Source: Patescibacteria group bacterium (GTDB taxonomy: Bacteria > Patescibacteriota > Patescibacteriia > Magasanikbacterales > GWA2-37-8). Taken from it: a stretch of 62,457 bases of DNA. The stretch is from NCBI GenBank assembly GCA_041651015.1, contig JBAZKA010000006.1, positions 1 through 62,457 on the forward strand. Reading direction: 5' to 3'. Below are positions 16,095 to 25,316 of the stretch, one piece after another; the stretch's first letter is position 1; each line of letters begins with the position of its first letter. Under the pieces are notes generated by a model. That model made no database searches and had not been told where the DNA came from. It saw only the letters and a list, made by a program, of their open reading frames with translations. The translations under genes were made by a program, and so were the position numbers.

Positions 16095-17075
16095 TTATCT
16101 AAGTCCGACAATTTTTCTGATTTCAACCATTGTCTTCTCAGCGACTTTTTGCGCTTTGCCCGCGCCCTCGGCCATAATTTTTTCCAAGGCTTTTTCGTCT
16201 TTCAATAGTTTGGCGCGTTCGGCGCGAAAGTTGGCAAAATAATTTGCGATTGATTCAGCCAAAGTTTTTTTCAGATCGCCATAACGAATAGTTTTGTCTT
16301 TTTCCGCTGTGACAAAATTTTGATGAATTTTTTCCTCGCCGAATTCCTTGAGTAAAGCCAGTAAATTCGTCACGCCCGGCGCTTCTCCTCCGCCCTCGGT
16401 GGCGGTCACGGCTTTTTTTAATTTCGTTTCAATCACGGACGGCTCATCACAGAGTTCAATCACATGTTCTTTACCCAAGCTCTTGCTCATTTTTTTGGTC
16501 GGTTCAAGCAAGCTCATCACTTTGGGAATTTGTGTGAGCAAATGCTTGGTCTCGGAAAAATATTCGCCGTATTTTTTATTAAACCAACGCGCGGTGTCAC
16601 GGGTCAATTCCACGTGTTGAATTTGGTCCTGACCGACCGGCACGAGATTACCATGATAAAGCAAAATGTCCGCGGCTTGGAGGGTGGGGTAGGTGAACAA
16701 TCCGGCGGTGGCAATTTTTAACTGCGCGGTTTTATCTTTGTATTGTGTCATCCTTTCCAATTCATTCATCGGCGTCACGCAATTAAAAACCCAAGCCAGT
16801 TCGGAATGTTCAGGAATATGTGACTGTACAAAGAAAGTTGTTTTTTGGGGGTCAATGCCGGCGGCGAGTAATTCGGCGCAAGTGATTTTAACTTGAGCGC
16901 GCAATTCTTCGGCTTTGAGTTTTCCGGTCAGGGCATGCAAATCAGCGATGAAAATATACATTTCATATTTGCCGGAATTTTGCAGGTCAACCCAATTTTT
17001 GACTGCGCCCAGATAATTACCAAGATGCAGATTGCCGGTCGGTTGGATGCCGGAGACGATTATTTGTTTGGACAT
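16095..17075 (-). CDS. trpS: tryptophan--tRNA ligase
   Basis: GIQPTGNLHLGNYLG (HIGH-type) and KMSKS motifs. Start set at MSKQIIVSG. Confidence 0.95.
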   Translation of the reverse strand: MSKQIIVSGIQPTGNLHLGNYLGAVKNWVDLQNSGKYEMYIFIADLHALTGKLKAEELRAQVKITCAELLAAGIDPQKTTFFVQSHIPEHSELAWVFNCVTPMNELERMTQYKDKTAQLKIATAGLFTYPTLQAADILLYHGNLVPVGQDQIQHVELTRDTARWFNKKYGEYFSETKHLLTQIPKVMSLLEPTKKMSKSLGKEHVIELCDEPSVIETKLKKAVTATEGGGEAPGVTNLLALLKEFGEEKIHQNFVTAEKDKTIRYGDLKKTLAESIANYFANFRAERAKLLKDEKALEKIMAEGAGKAQKVAEKTMVEIRKIVGLR

Positions 17076-17136
17076 AAAGTGATAAACAATAAACAATTAT
17101 CAGTAGTTTATCTTATTTTACTCGTGCGGTCAAAAC

Positions 17137-17166
17137 CCCGGCAGAATTCCTGCGGTCTCTGCCGGG
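17137..17166. repeat. palindromic intergenic element, copy 2
   Basis: CCCGGCAGAATTCCTGCGGTCTCTGCCGGG between trpS and rlmH. Confidence 0.55.
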
Positions 17167-17170
17167 CACG

Positions 17171-17653
17171 TTAATAATGATACTTCCGTCCATTGGTAAT
17201 CATCATGGCCCGATAAATTTGTTCCAGGAGAAATACCCGCGCCATTTGGTGAGTAAAAGTCATGGCCGAAAGCGAAAGTTTGAGGTCGGCAATTTTCAAT
17301 ATGGATTCATCCAGCCCGAGCGGTCCGCCGAGGATAAATGATATAGATGATGAAAGTGATGTATTTGATGAAGATGAGATAAGATTTGAGAAGTCCACTG
17401 ACGAAAATTGTTTACCGTGTTCATCCAAAATAATGATAAAATCATCGGCATGGCCGACCAGAACGGCTTTAATTTTCAACGCCTCGTTTTGTTTGACGGT
17501 TATCGGGTCGGATTTTTCGCCAAATGATTCTTCTTTCAGTTCCTTAATTTCCACTTTGGCAAAAGGGGAGAGGCGTTTGAGGTATTCGTCCGCGGCCTCG
17601 CGCCAATATTTTTCTTTGAGCTTGCCGAGGCAAATGATATTTATGTGTAACAT
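17171..17653 (-). CDS. rlmH: 23S rRNA (pseudouridine1915-N3)-methyltransferase RlmH (SPOUT)
   Basis: MLHINIICLGKLKEKYWREA...ILGGPLG...MTFTHQMARVFLLEQIYRA. Contains a Ser-rich insert. Confidence 0.85.
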   Translation of the reverse strand: MLHINIICLGKLKEKYWREAADEYLKRLSPFAKVEIKELKEESFGEKSDPITVKQNEALKIKAVLVGHADDFIIILDEHGKQFSSVDFSNLISSSSNTSLSSSISFILGGPLGLDESILKIADLKLSLSAMTFTHQMARVFLLEQIYRAMMITNGRKYHY

Positions 17654-17830
17654 TGATTTAGACAGATTAAAACTGATTAATACTGGCCTGCCCATGGCAG
17701 GCGCGACCCCTTCATTATATAGAAAAATAGCGCGGTTGGCAAAATAAAAAAAGCGCCTTGAGGGTTCAAGGGCTTCGTTGGTTTTGTCTGGCGGCAGGCG
17801 GGAAAGGGCGGGTATTATCGCGACGCGGGT

Positions 17831-18235
17831 TTAGGATTTGATATTAACCTCTTTTGGTTCATTGAACCAGTCCACTTCGTCTCCTTTGGTTTTCATAAAT
17901 ATGAGCGGTAGACTGGCCAACGCGTTGGTGACGCTCACAAAAGGTTCGGCGTAAACATGGCCGATGGTGAACGCCATGATGGACGGATCCATGGTGAAGT
18001 AGTTGTCGCGGAACATTACGCGCTTTAATCTGCAACCGTTTTTGGTGATCTTGTCGGGATTCCGTATGGAGATTTCTTGCGGGTTCAGAAAGAAAATGTA
18101 TTTGTTTTCCATGCCGGCGCTGCTGATGTGCGCGCAAAATATGTTCGGCGCGAGTTGCCAGATTGCTTCGCAATAGAAATTCAATTGCTTGCACTGTGAA
18201 ATAATTTTTTCAATGAACTCAAGTTCTTTATTCAT
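17831..18235 (-). CDS. hypothetical protein
   Basis: GGAGGTG SD upstream of the ATG. No recognisable domain. Confidence 0.5.
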   Translation of the reverse strand: MNKELEFIEKIISQCKQLNFYCEAIWQLAPNIFCAHISSAGMENKYIFFLNPQEISIRNPDKITKNGCRLKRVMFRDNYFTMDPSIMAFTIGHVYAEPFVSVTNALASLPLIFMKTKGDEVDWFNEPKEVNIKS

Positions 18236-18369
18236 CGTACACCTCCATTGTGTTGTTGACTTCTGTCAGAGAAGCCTATCGTAAATTTGTGTTTATGTCA
18301 ATGGCGGGTTGACTCTGGAAAATTAAAATGATAGTGTGAAATTGGTACATTCAACAAAAGAGGTGAATT

Positions 18370-18477
18370 ATGGTTATAGTCGCTACCGTTGGTGTTTTGT
18401 TGGGATGGGGTGTGGTGGCATGGATCAGGAAACTTATCCCGCGTTTTAACGATTTGCTGGATTTGTCCAAAGGATGA
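18370..18477 (+). CDS. candidate 35-aa hydrophobic peptide (below the ORF-track cutoff)
   Basis: AAGAGGTG-N5-ATG. Encodes MVIVATVGVLLGWGVVAWIRKLIPRFNDLLDLSKG. Followed by the bidirectional terminator. Confidence 0.3.
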   Translation: MVIVATVGVLLGWGVVAWIRKLIPRFNDLLDLSKG

Positions 18478-18502
18478 TATATCGTGAAAATTTTCACCTG
18501 TC

Positions 18503-18534
18503 AAAAAGCGACCCGTACGGGCCGCTGATTTTTT
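18503..18534. terminator. bidirectional terminator
   Basis: GCGACCC-GTAC-GGGCCGC flanked by an A-run and a T-run. Confidence 0.55.
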
Positions 18535-19684
18535 ATCCCATCATCTCCCCAAACCTATCCTCCAAAATCGCTTGTCGGGCTTCGCGCATCAGATTTAGCA
18601 TAAAATGCAAATTGTGAATGGAGGCGAGGCGCATGGCCGTCATTTCCTGCGCGTTAAATAAATGGTGAATATAAGCGCGGGTGTAATTTCTACAAGTATC
18701 GCAAGCGCAATTTTTATCAATCGGATTTGTGTCTTTGGCAAATTTGGAATTATTTATATTGACGCGTCCGGCTTCGTCGTTTGTAAACAACATGCCGTGA
18801 CGGGCGAGGCGGGTCGGCGCGACGCAGTCAAACATATCCGCGCCGCAGGACACGACTTTGAGCAAATCTTTGGGCGCGAGGCCCACGCCCATGGTGTAAC
18901 GCGGTTTGTCTTTGGGTAAAATCGGCTTGAGCCAATCCATAATTTCTTTGGTAGCTTCCATGTTATAACCGATGGATTCTCCGCCAATAGCCACGCCATC
19001 AAAATTCAGCGAAGAAATAAAACGGCCGGACTCTTCGCGCAGTTCACGGTGATTGGCGCCTTGAATAATGCCAAAAAGGAATTGGCGATACGGTTTGTCG
19101 GATTTTTTTTCATGTTCGGCCAAACATCTCTCGGCCCAGCGGTGCGTCCGTTCCATGGCTTCTTTGGTGTATTCATACGGCGCCGCATCCGGCGTGCACT
19201 CATCAAACGCCATAATAATATCCGCGCCAATTTTGTGTTGGATTTGCACGGCAATTTCCGGTGTGAATCTGTGGGTGGAGCCGTCTAAGTGGGATTTAAA
19301 AGTGACGCCATCCTCATCAATGGCCACCAAAGCGGCATTGTCGTTGTTTGTTTTACCGTTATTTTTTATTTCTTTTTGCAATCCCAAACTGAAAACCTGA
19401 AATCCGCCCGAGTCGGTGAGAATCGGCCGGTCCCAATTCATAAATTTATGCAAACCACCGAGCTCGTCAATCAAATCCTCGCCCGGACGCAAATGCAAAT
19501 GATAAGTGTTGCCGAGAATAATCGGCGCGTCTAATTTTTTTAAATCATCTTGGTCCAAAGTTTTCACTGTGGCCTGAGTGCCGACCGGCATAAAACAAGG
19601 GGTCGGGATATCCCCATGGTCGGTGTGCATGATGCCGGCGCGCGCGCCGGTGGTTTTGTCTTCGTGGATGAGTTCAAAAAACAT
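18533..19684 (-). CDS. tgt: tRNA-guanine transglycosylase (queuine tRNA-ribosyltransferase)
   Basis: TPCFMPVGT and DSGGFQ motifs, and the zinc site CACDTCRNYTRAYIHHL. Confidence 0.95.
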   Translation of the reverse strand: MFFELIHEDKTTGARAGIMHTDHGDIPTPCFMPVGTQATVKTLDQDDLKKLDAPIILGNTYHLHLRPGEDLIDELGGLHKFMNWDRPILTDSGGFQVFSLGLQKEIKNNGKTNNDNAALVAIDEDGVTFKSHLDGSTHRFTPEIAVQIQHKIGADIIMAFDECTPDAAPYEYTKEAMERTHRWAERCLAEHEKKSDKPYRQFLFGIIQGANHRELREESGRFISSLNFDGVAIGGESIGYNMEATKEIMDWLKPILPKDKPRYTMGVGLAPKDLLKVVSCGADMFDCVAPTRLARHGMLFTNDEAGRVNINNSKFAKDTNPIDKNCACDTCRNYTRAYIHHLFNAQEMTAMRLASIHNLHFMLNLMREARQAILEDRFGEMMG

Positions 19685-19828
19685 ATGCGATACAAATATA
19701 CAAATTCATGCGAATGATACGAGCGCCCTATAATGTATAACTTTTTAATTATTTTTTCAAGTGTCGCAAAATAAAAGTGCCCCACATCATTCGCGTCTGA
19801 TGCGGGGCTGTGAGCCGTGGAAAATCCG

Positions 19829-20413
19829 TTAGAGAAAGAGCTGTGCGCGCATTTGGAACTCCAGAGCCGCGTCGCCCTCAAGACGACGAGAGTACAGGGC
19901 GAGATCGAAACCGATTTTTCCGAAGCGCAGGAGCAAATTCGGTCCGCCACCATAAGCCCATGCGGCGCCGCTTTTGTAGTCGCCCCAGCCGTCGCCTTCG
20001 GCACCAATATGAAGCCAGTCCGTGAGCTTGTATTCCGCCTGGATGAAAAGGTACCCGCTTTCGCTGCGAAGATACGAATCCCACATAACGAAAGCCCAGA
20101 ACTGACCGATGTAAGGCGAAAGCGCGAGCGACACGAGCGGATCCTCGGTGTTGAAGATCCAACCCGCGTACACAGTGGTGTCGAGCCATTTGGTCGCGTG
20201 CCACGTCGGGCCGAGATAAAGCGACGGATTGAATCCGTTGACGAGGTCGCTCGAGGGAGCGAATATGGCGCTCAAGCCGACGTCGTCGTTGAGTTTGATA
20301 CCGCCGTTGATGAACAACTTCACCACGGACGGGTTGAAGGTGTCGTCCGCGTGCGCTACATACGCCGTGGAAAAGAACATCGCTATCGTCATCACCGCCA
20401 GGATTCTTTTCAT
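19829..20413 (-). CDS. secreted beta-strand-rich protein (outer-membrane-barrel-like pattern), GC-richer ORFan
   Basis: Signal peptide MKRILAVMTIAMFFSTAYVAHA. Alternating hydrophobic pattern. C-terminus ...QMRAQLFL. AGGAGGA SD. Confidence 0.6.
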   Translation of the reverse strand: MKRILAVMTIAMFFSTAYVAHADDTFNPSVVKLFINGGIKLNDDVGLSAIFAPSSDLVNGFNPSLYLGPTWHATKWLDTTVYAGWIFNTEDPLVSLALSPYIGQFWAFVMWDSYLRSESGYLFIQAEYKLTDWLHIGAEGDGWGDYKSGAAWAYGGGPNLLLRFGKIGFDLALYSRRLEGDAALEFQMRAQLFL

Positions 20414-20506
20414 TTCTTCCTCCTGCCCTCAAAGGGGCGGCTGTTGCTTATCCGAGTCGGATAAGACATTATAATAAAACATAAAATATGATTTTTGTCA
20501 AGTGTT

Positions 20507-20535
20507 TTGACCAATATATCAATATCTGATAATAT
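20507..20535 (+). promoter_or_regulatory. sigma-70-type promoter (TTGACC-17-TAATAT)
   Basis: TTGACCAATATATCAATATCTGATAATAT. Confidence 0.45.
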
Positions 20536-20560
20536 GGGTGTGAAATTAATAATTACTATT

Positions 20561-21181
20561 ATGAGCGTAGAAAAATTTAGTCCGAGTCAGGAGACCGGTA
20601 GCGATCAGGAAGTAGATTTATTTTTTGATGGTATTGGAGATCTTCCCGAGTGCGAAAAGTATTTGTCAAACGAAATTGATCCGAAAACCGGCCAGCCGTG
20701 GTTAGATGTGATTTTTGAAATCAAGCGCGCATCTGATGGAAAGATTATTGAAGCAAAAATTAAAGATCCGGACGCCAAAGTAAGATTTGTGAATCAACAG
20801 AGGCAACTTGGCGCACGGAGAGCCGCGGCTTTGGGGAAGAATTCCATTAGAAATTATGGAGTATCACCATGGAAACGCAATCAAGCCGAAGCGGACGCCG
20901 GTTATCTTAAACCCGAAGAAGAAATTGATTTGGCAAAATTTACTGAATTACTGGAATCAAAAATCGAAGAAGACGTGTGGGCGCGCGATGTAATTCGCGG
21001 TTGGAATTTAATCCCGATAAGTTCTAAGAAAAGTAAAGAACCGATTTTCAAGTTAGTTGTAGAGTTTAATGATTATGGCCGAAAATTATTTCAAGGCACG
21101 CATAAAGAAATAGAAGATGGCCTAAATGCTGAATTGGATCGCATTGAAGACTTTGAACGCGGCGAAGCGGCGGAAGAATAA
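20561..21181 (+). CDS. hypothetical acidic protein
   Basis: Start set at the ATG downstream of the promoter (MSVEKFSP). No recognisable domain. Confidence 0.55.
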   Translation: MSVEKFSPSQETGSDQEVDLFFDGIGDLPECEKYLSNEIDPKTGQPWLDVIFEIKRASDGKIIEAKIKDPDAKVRFVNQQRQLGARRAAALGKNSIRNYGVSPWKRNQAEADAGYLKPEEEIDLAKFTELLESKIEEDVWARDVIRGWNLIPISSKKSKEPIFKLVVEFNDYGRKLFQGTHKEIEDGLNAELDRIEDFERGEAAEE

Positions 21182-21187
21182 AATCGC

Positions 21188-23215
21188 ATGATAGATTTTT
21201 CCAAAGAATTAAATCAGGAACAATTGGCCGTTGTCTATATGGGCGACGGTCCTTGTTTAGTACTGGCCGGCGCGGGTTCGGGCAAGACGCGGACGATTGT
21301 TTATCGCGTGGCGTATTTGTTGGAACAGGGCGTCGCGCCGGAAAATATTTTGCTGGTGACGTTTACCAACAAAGCGGCCGGTGAAATGGTGAAGCGGGTC
21401 CGTGAATTGACCGGCGCGGAAAGCAATTTACCCTGGGCCGGCACTTTTCATAGCATTGCGAACAAAATTTTACGCCATCACGCTGATGCGCTCGGCTATC
21501 AAAATAATTTTACAATTTTGGATGAGGACGACGCCGAAGCCCTGATTAAAATCGCCGTTAAAAAAAATAAAAATGAAGAAAACGACGGGAAAAAGTTTCC
21601 CTCAGCTTCAGCAATAAAAAATATTTTCAGTTTTGCCCGCAATGCCGAACGTCCACTCGCTGAAGTTTTGGAAATTAAAAATTATTTGTGGTTGGATTAT
21701 CTGCCCGAGCTGGAACGCGTGCGCGCAGATTATGAACGGGCCAAAAAAGAAGCCAATGCCATGGATTTTGACGATTTACTTATCAATTTTCTTTTGCTTT
21801 TGCAAATGCCGGACATCCAACGGCAGTATGCCTCGCAATTCAAATATATTTTGGTGGATGAATATCAGGACACCAATAAATTACAGGCGTCTGTCATCAG
21901 TTTGCTTTCGTCCGTGCATGGCAATGTGCTCGCGGTCGGTGATGACGCGCAAAGCATTTATTCCTTCCGCGCGGCGGACGTAAAAAATATTTTGAATTTT
22001 GAAAAATCATACCCCAACGCGAAAATTTTTAAATTGGAAACGAATTATCGTTCCAGCCAAGAAATTTTGGATGTGGCGAATTGTGTCATTGCGAACAACG
22101 TCAAGCAATATCCAAAAGAATTAAAAACAATTTTTACGGGCGGGGTCAAGCCGGTTTTACATCCGATGATAGATCAGATTATGGAAGCGAAATTTGTCGC
22201 CGATGAAGTGGAAAAGCAAACCGAAGAAAATATCCCGCGCCGAGAAATGGCAGTGTTATTCCGCGCCTCGCATCATTCGCAACAACTGGAATTGGAGTTA
22301 ATGCGTCGTGGTTTGAGTTATGATTACCGCGGAGGTCTTAGGTTTTTTGAACGGGCGCATGTGAAAGACGCGCTGGCGTATTTGCGCTTGGTTCAAAATC
22401 CGGCGGACACGTCCGCCTGGTTGCGCGCTCTTTTGCATGAGGAGGGGATTGGTCCGGCCGGCGCCATGAAAATTATTGATATGGTCAAAGGCAACGCCGA
22501 GAGCACGGATATTTTGCTTCCGCCCAAAGCCCAAACTGGTTGGAATAATTTTATAAAAATCCGCGATGAACTGATGAAAGCGGGCGATCAGCCGGCCGTC
22601 ATGATGCGAGTGATTTTGGAATCGTCATATCGGGATTATTTGGAAAAAGAATATTTAGACGCGCCTGAGCGGATTGCCGATTTGGAACAAATGATAACTT
22701 TTGCCGAGCAGTACGATTCATTGGAAAAATTCTTGGCCGAGACCGCGCTCGCGGAAAATTATAATTTGAAAAATAGCGGACAAAAAAATCGCGGTGATAA
22801 AATAATTTTGTCCACCATTCATCAAGCCAAGGGTTTGGAGTGGCAGACCGTGTTTGTGATAAATATGGCGAGCGGAGCGTTTCCCAATGACCGCGCTTTG
22901 CGCGAGGATGGCGGGGTGGAAGAAGAACGCCGGTTGTTTTATGTGGCTATCACCCGCGCCAAGAAAAAACTTTTTCTCACCTATCCGCTATCGTCGGCCC
23001 AAGGCCGACCAGCCTCGGGCTGGGGACCGAGCATGTTTGTGGACGAAATTCATCCGGATTTGATTGACGACCGATCCACTCTTTCGTCCGCGCGTTCCAC
23101 CGCGTTTAATGATTCGGATGTTACTTATGTTTCCGAAGACGAAGAATATTCCGCCAGCTGGCGGACAAAAAAAATATCCCCCGGGAGTTTTCTGAGGGAT
23201 TTGGATGATTTGTAA
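21188..23215 (+). CDS. UvrD/PcrA/Rep-family ATP-dependent DNA helicase
   Basis: Helicase motifs AGAGSGKT, VDEYQDTN, TIHQAKGLEW and YVAITRAKKKL. Confidence 0.9.
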   Translation: MIDFSKELNQEQLAVVYMGDGPCLVLAGAGSGKTRTIVYRVAYLLEQGVAPENILLVTFTNKAAGEMVKRVRELTGAESNLPWAGTFHSIANKILRHHADALGYQNNFTILDEDDAEALIKIAVKKNKNEENDGKKFPSASAIKNIFSFARNAERPLAEVLEIKNYLWLDYLPELERVRADYERAKKEANAMDFDDLLINFLLLLQMPDIQRQYASQFKYILVDEYQDTNKLQASVISLLSSVHGNVLAVGDDAQSIYSFRAADVKNILNFEKSYPNAKIFKLETNYRSSQEILDVANCVIANNVKQYPKELKTIFTGGVKPVLHPMIDQIMEAKFVADEVEKQTEENIPRREMAVLFRASHHSQQLELELMRRGLSYDYRGGLRFFERAHVKDALAYLRLVQNPADTSAWLRALLHEEGIGPAGAMKIIDMVKGNAESTDILLPPKAQTGWNNFIKIRDELMKAGDQPAVMMRVILESSYRDYLEKEYLDAPERIADLEQMITFAEQYDSLEKFLAETALAENYNLKNSGQKNRGDKIILSTIHQAKGLEWQTVFVINMASGAFPNDRALREDGGVEEERRLFYVAITRAKKKLFLTYPLSSAQGRPASGWGPSMFVDEIHPDLIDDRSTLSSARSTAFNDSDVTYVSEDEEYSASWRTKKISPGSFLRDLDDL

Positions 23216-23335
23216 TTTTTAATATAGTTTTTATTGCAGTGTGTGAGTTGAGAGAACAATTGACTAAAAGACGAAAATATAATATAAGTATATTGTTTTG
23301 AAACAAACAAGTTCTTTTCACCGGGGAGGTGTAAA

Positions 23336-23836
23336 ATGCCGAAGCAAAGGCGAAACTCAGAAAAAGATTTTAGGATTGATGATTTCGCATTGACACCGGA
23401 GGAGGTGGCAAAAATTTTGAGGGTCAACCCGAGGACTGTGACCAATTGGCTTCGTTCTGGAGAAGTGCCGGGGTTCCGAGCGGGTCGTTGCTGGCGTATT
23501 GCGGCCTCCGTAGTTCAGAAACTTATGACTGGCGAATTAGAATTGAAGTTTGTGCAAGAGAAAAATGAAAAAAAGAAAATGTCCGGTCGGAGAGCCAAGA
23601 ACAAGCGGCGGTCAATAAAAAAAGTGGCGCCCGAGTCGGACAAAAAGCATCAAAGTCCAGGAATTGAAATGGCCACAGGGTGCGGTGCATGTCGCGTGGT
23701 ACCAACCTCGCTGCATCACATGTTAGGCGTGACTGAGGGAAAAGAGGCAGAGGCGTTAAGCCGTGACTTAAAAAAGTCGCGTCGGCGACATGAGAAAATG
23801 GCGCGAATGACGGCCCCCAAAGATAAGGTTTGCTAG
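23336..23836 (+). CDS. excisionase/MerR-type HTH DNA-binding protein with a Lys/Arg-rich tail
   Basis: LTPEEVAKILRVNPRTVTNWLRSGEVPGFRAGRCWRI, followed by a basic region. Confidence 0.6.
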   Translation: MPKQRRNSEKDFRIDDFALTPEEVAKILRVNPRTVTNWLRSGEVPGFRAGRCWRIAASVVQKLMTGELELKFVQEKNEKKKMSGRRAKNKRRSIKKVAPESDKKHQSPGIEMATGCGACRVVPTSLHHMLGVTEGKEAEALSRDLKKSRRRHEKMARMTAPKDKVC

Positions 23837-23967
23837 TAAGTTCGTTTTTATGTGCAACGTAGAGTCGTGACCCGAATGGACGTGTTCTGTTCGGGTTTTA
23901 TTTATGTTTGACATTTTTTGATAAATCCGTTAAAATCCCGCTAACGTTTAGTTTAAAATTATCAAAT

Positions 23968-24528
23968 ATGGCTTCAACAAGTGAAATCAGAAAAGGCGTG
24001 GTTATCCGCCATCAAAATGATTTATACGTGGTGGTGGAATTTCAGCATGTCAATCCGGGCAAGGGCGCGGCATTTGTGCGTACCCGCATGAAATCTTTGG
24101 CCACGGGCAAAGTGATTGAAATTACCTACAAAACCGTGGAATCCGTGGATATCGTGTCCGTGGATTTTATGACCATGCAGTTTCTCTACAAAACCGGCGA
24201 CAATTTCGCCTTCATGAATATGCAGTCGTATGAGCAGATTGAAATGAATGGCGACTTGATCGGCGATGAAGCCAAATACCTAAAAGAGGGTTTGGAAGTG
24301 ATTGTCGGTATTTATGAAAATCGTCCGGTTAGCATCCAATTGCCGAAAAAAGTTCAATACAAAGTGGTGGAGGCTCCACCGGCTGTGAAGGGCGATAGCG
24401 CCTCGGGCAATGTGACCAAAGAAATTGTTTTGGAAAACGGTCTGCACATCGCCGCCCCGATATTTATCAAAGAAGGCGAAGAAATTTTGGTCAATACCGA
24501 AACCGGTGACTACTCGGCCAGAGCGTAA
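23968..24528 (+). CDS. efp: elongation factor P
   Basis: MASTSEIRKGVVI...FQHVNPGKGAAFVRTRMKSLATGKV. Start set at MAST. Confidence 0.95.
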   Translation: MASTSEIRKGVVIRHQNDLYVVVEFQHVNPGKGAAFVRTRMKSLATGKVIEITYKTVESVDIVSVDFMTMQFLYKTGDNFAFMNMQSYEQIEMNGDLIGDEAKYLKEGLEVIVGIYENRPVSIQLPKKVQYKVVEAPPAVKGDSASGNVTKEIVLENGLHIAAPIFIKEGEEILVNTETGDYSARA

Positions 24529-24542
24529 AAAAATAAATTAAA

Positions 24543-24569
24543 ACGCCACGCGAAAGCGGGGCGTTTTTT
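24543..24569 (+). terminator. rho-independent terminator
   Basis: ACGCCACGC-GAAA-GCGGGGCGT followed by T6. Confidence 0.7.
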
Positions 24570-24572
24570 GAT

Positions 24573-24647
24573 TGGAGCGGGTAAGGGGAGTCGAACCCCT
24601 GTCACGAGTTTGGAAAACTCGGATAATAGCCGTTATATGATACCCGC
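24573..24647 (-). tRNA. tRNA-Gly(UCC), CCA encoded
   Basis: Manual cloverleaf: acceptor GCGGGUA/UACCCGC, anticodon arm CGAGU-UUUCCAA-ACUCG, T arm AGGGG-UUCGACU-CCCCU, discriminator U. Confidence 0.85.
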
Positions 24648-24742
24648 GAAATGAGCGGAATGGAAAAACGAAGTTTTTACATTTCCGAGCGAGGAACCTA
24701 ATATACCTAAGTATATTATGCCCGCTTGTTTTAACCCTAAGG
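24648..24742 (-). promoter_or_regulatory. structured 5' leader of tRNA-Gly(UCC), homologous to the leader at 28454-28544
   Basis: Two hairpins (TAATATAC-TTAG-GTATATTA and GGAAATGTAAAAAC-TTC-GTTTTTCCATTCC), then CCGCTCATTTC immediately before the tRNA. Confidence 0.4.
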
Positions 24743-24749
24743 TGAAAAT

Positions 24750-24778
24750 ATATTACAAAAAATTAGCCGTTTAGTCAA
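24750..24778 (-). promoter_or_regulatory. sigma-70-type promoter (TTGACT-17-TAATAT) for tRNA-Gly(UCC)
   Basis: Minus strand: TTGACTAAACGGCTAATTTTTTGTAATAT. Confidence 0.5.
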
Positions 24779-24819
24779 CCCCGGTTTTATGTTTTGCACA
24801 AATTTGCTATACTATCCCC

Positions 24820-25113
24820 ATGACTATCGCCGTATTTTATCAACAATTTTATTGGTTGATTTGGTACTTGCTCGCCATAAACGTGGCGACAATGTTTGTT
24901 TACGGCCTGGACAAAGCCAAGGCCAACAATTATAAAGCCCGGAGGATCAGCGAGCGTACCTTGCTTATCCTCGCGCTCATCGGCGGGTCAATTGGCGCGC
25001 TTATCGGTATGAAGTTGTTCAGGCACAAGACGCAAAAATTGTCTTTTCAGGCTCCACTGGCCGTAATTATTGGCCTGCAAATACTTTTAATCTGGTTGGT
25101 GTTTTTTAGGTGA
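24820..25113 (+). CDS. DUF1294-family membrane protein
   Basis: YGLDKAKANNYKARRISERTLLILALIGGSIGALIGMKLFRHKTQKLSF. Confidence 0.8.
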   Translation: MTIAVFYQQFYWLIWYLLAINVATMFVYGLDKAKANNYKARRISERTLLILALIGGSIGALIGMKLFRHKTQKLSFQAPLAVIIGLQILLIWLVFFR

Positions 25114-25124
25114 TAGGGGTCTGA

Positions 25125-25248
25125 CCCCACACCCAGAGGCCACTTTTCCCGGACTAATGCGTTTAAATTTACCTCAAAGAATAAGTTTGGTTATCGCTGA
25201 GCATAAACCTTTGAGTGGCGCAAAGCGCCGTGGCTTCTGGGTGTGGGG
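25125..25248. repeat. 124-bp element closed by 19-nt inverted repeats
   Basis: CCCCACACCCAGAGGCCAC (25125-25143) against GTGGCTTCTGGGTGTGGGG (25230-25248), one mismatch. Internal CTCAAAG/CTTTGAG and GGCGCAAAGCGCC hairpins. Confidence 0.45.
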
Positions 25249-25249
25249 C

Positions 25250-25278
25250 TTGACAAAAAATTGACGGCGTAGTATTAT
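25250..25278 (+). promoter_or_regulatory. sigma-70-type promoter (TTGACA-17-TATTAT)
   Basis: TTGACAAAAAATTGACGGCGTAGTATTAT. Confidence 0.6.
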
Positions 25279-25316
25279 GTTTACCGATTTAACTAATTTA
25301 AGCTCCCACAAAGCTT

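Noticed and set aside
19817-20464. ORFs 19817-20464 (+), 19878-20432 (-) and 19564-20007 (-)
   Set aside because: These are shadow frames of the GC-richer gene 19829-20413. That gene is the only one with an SD, a signal peptide and a sensible composition.
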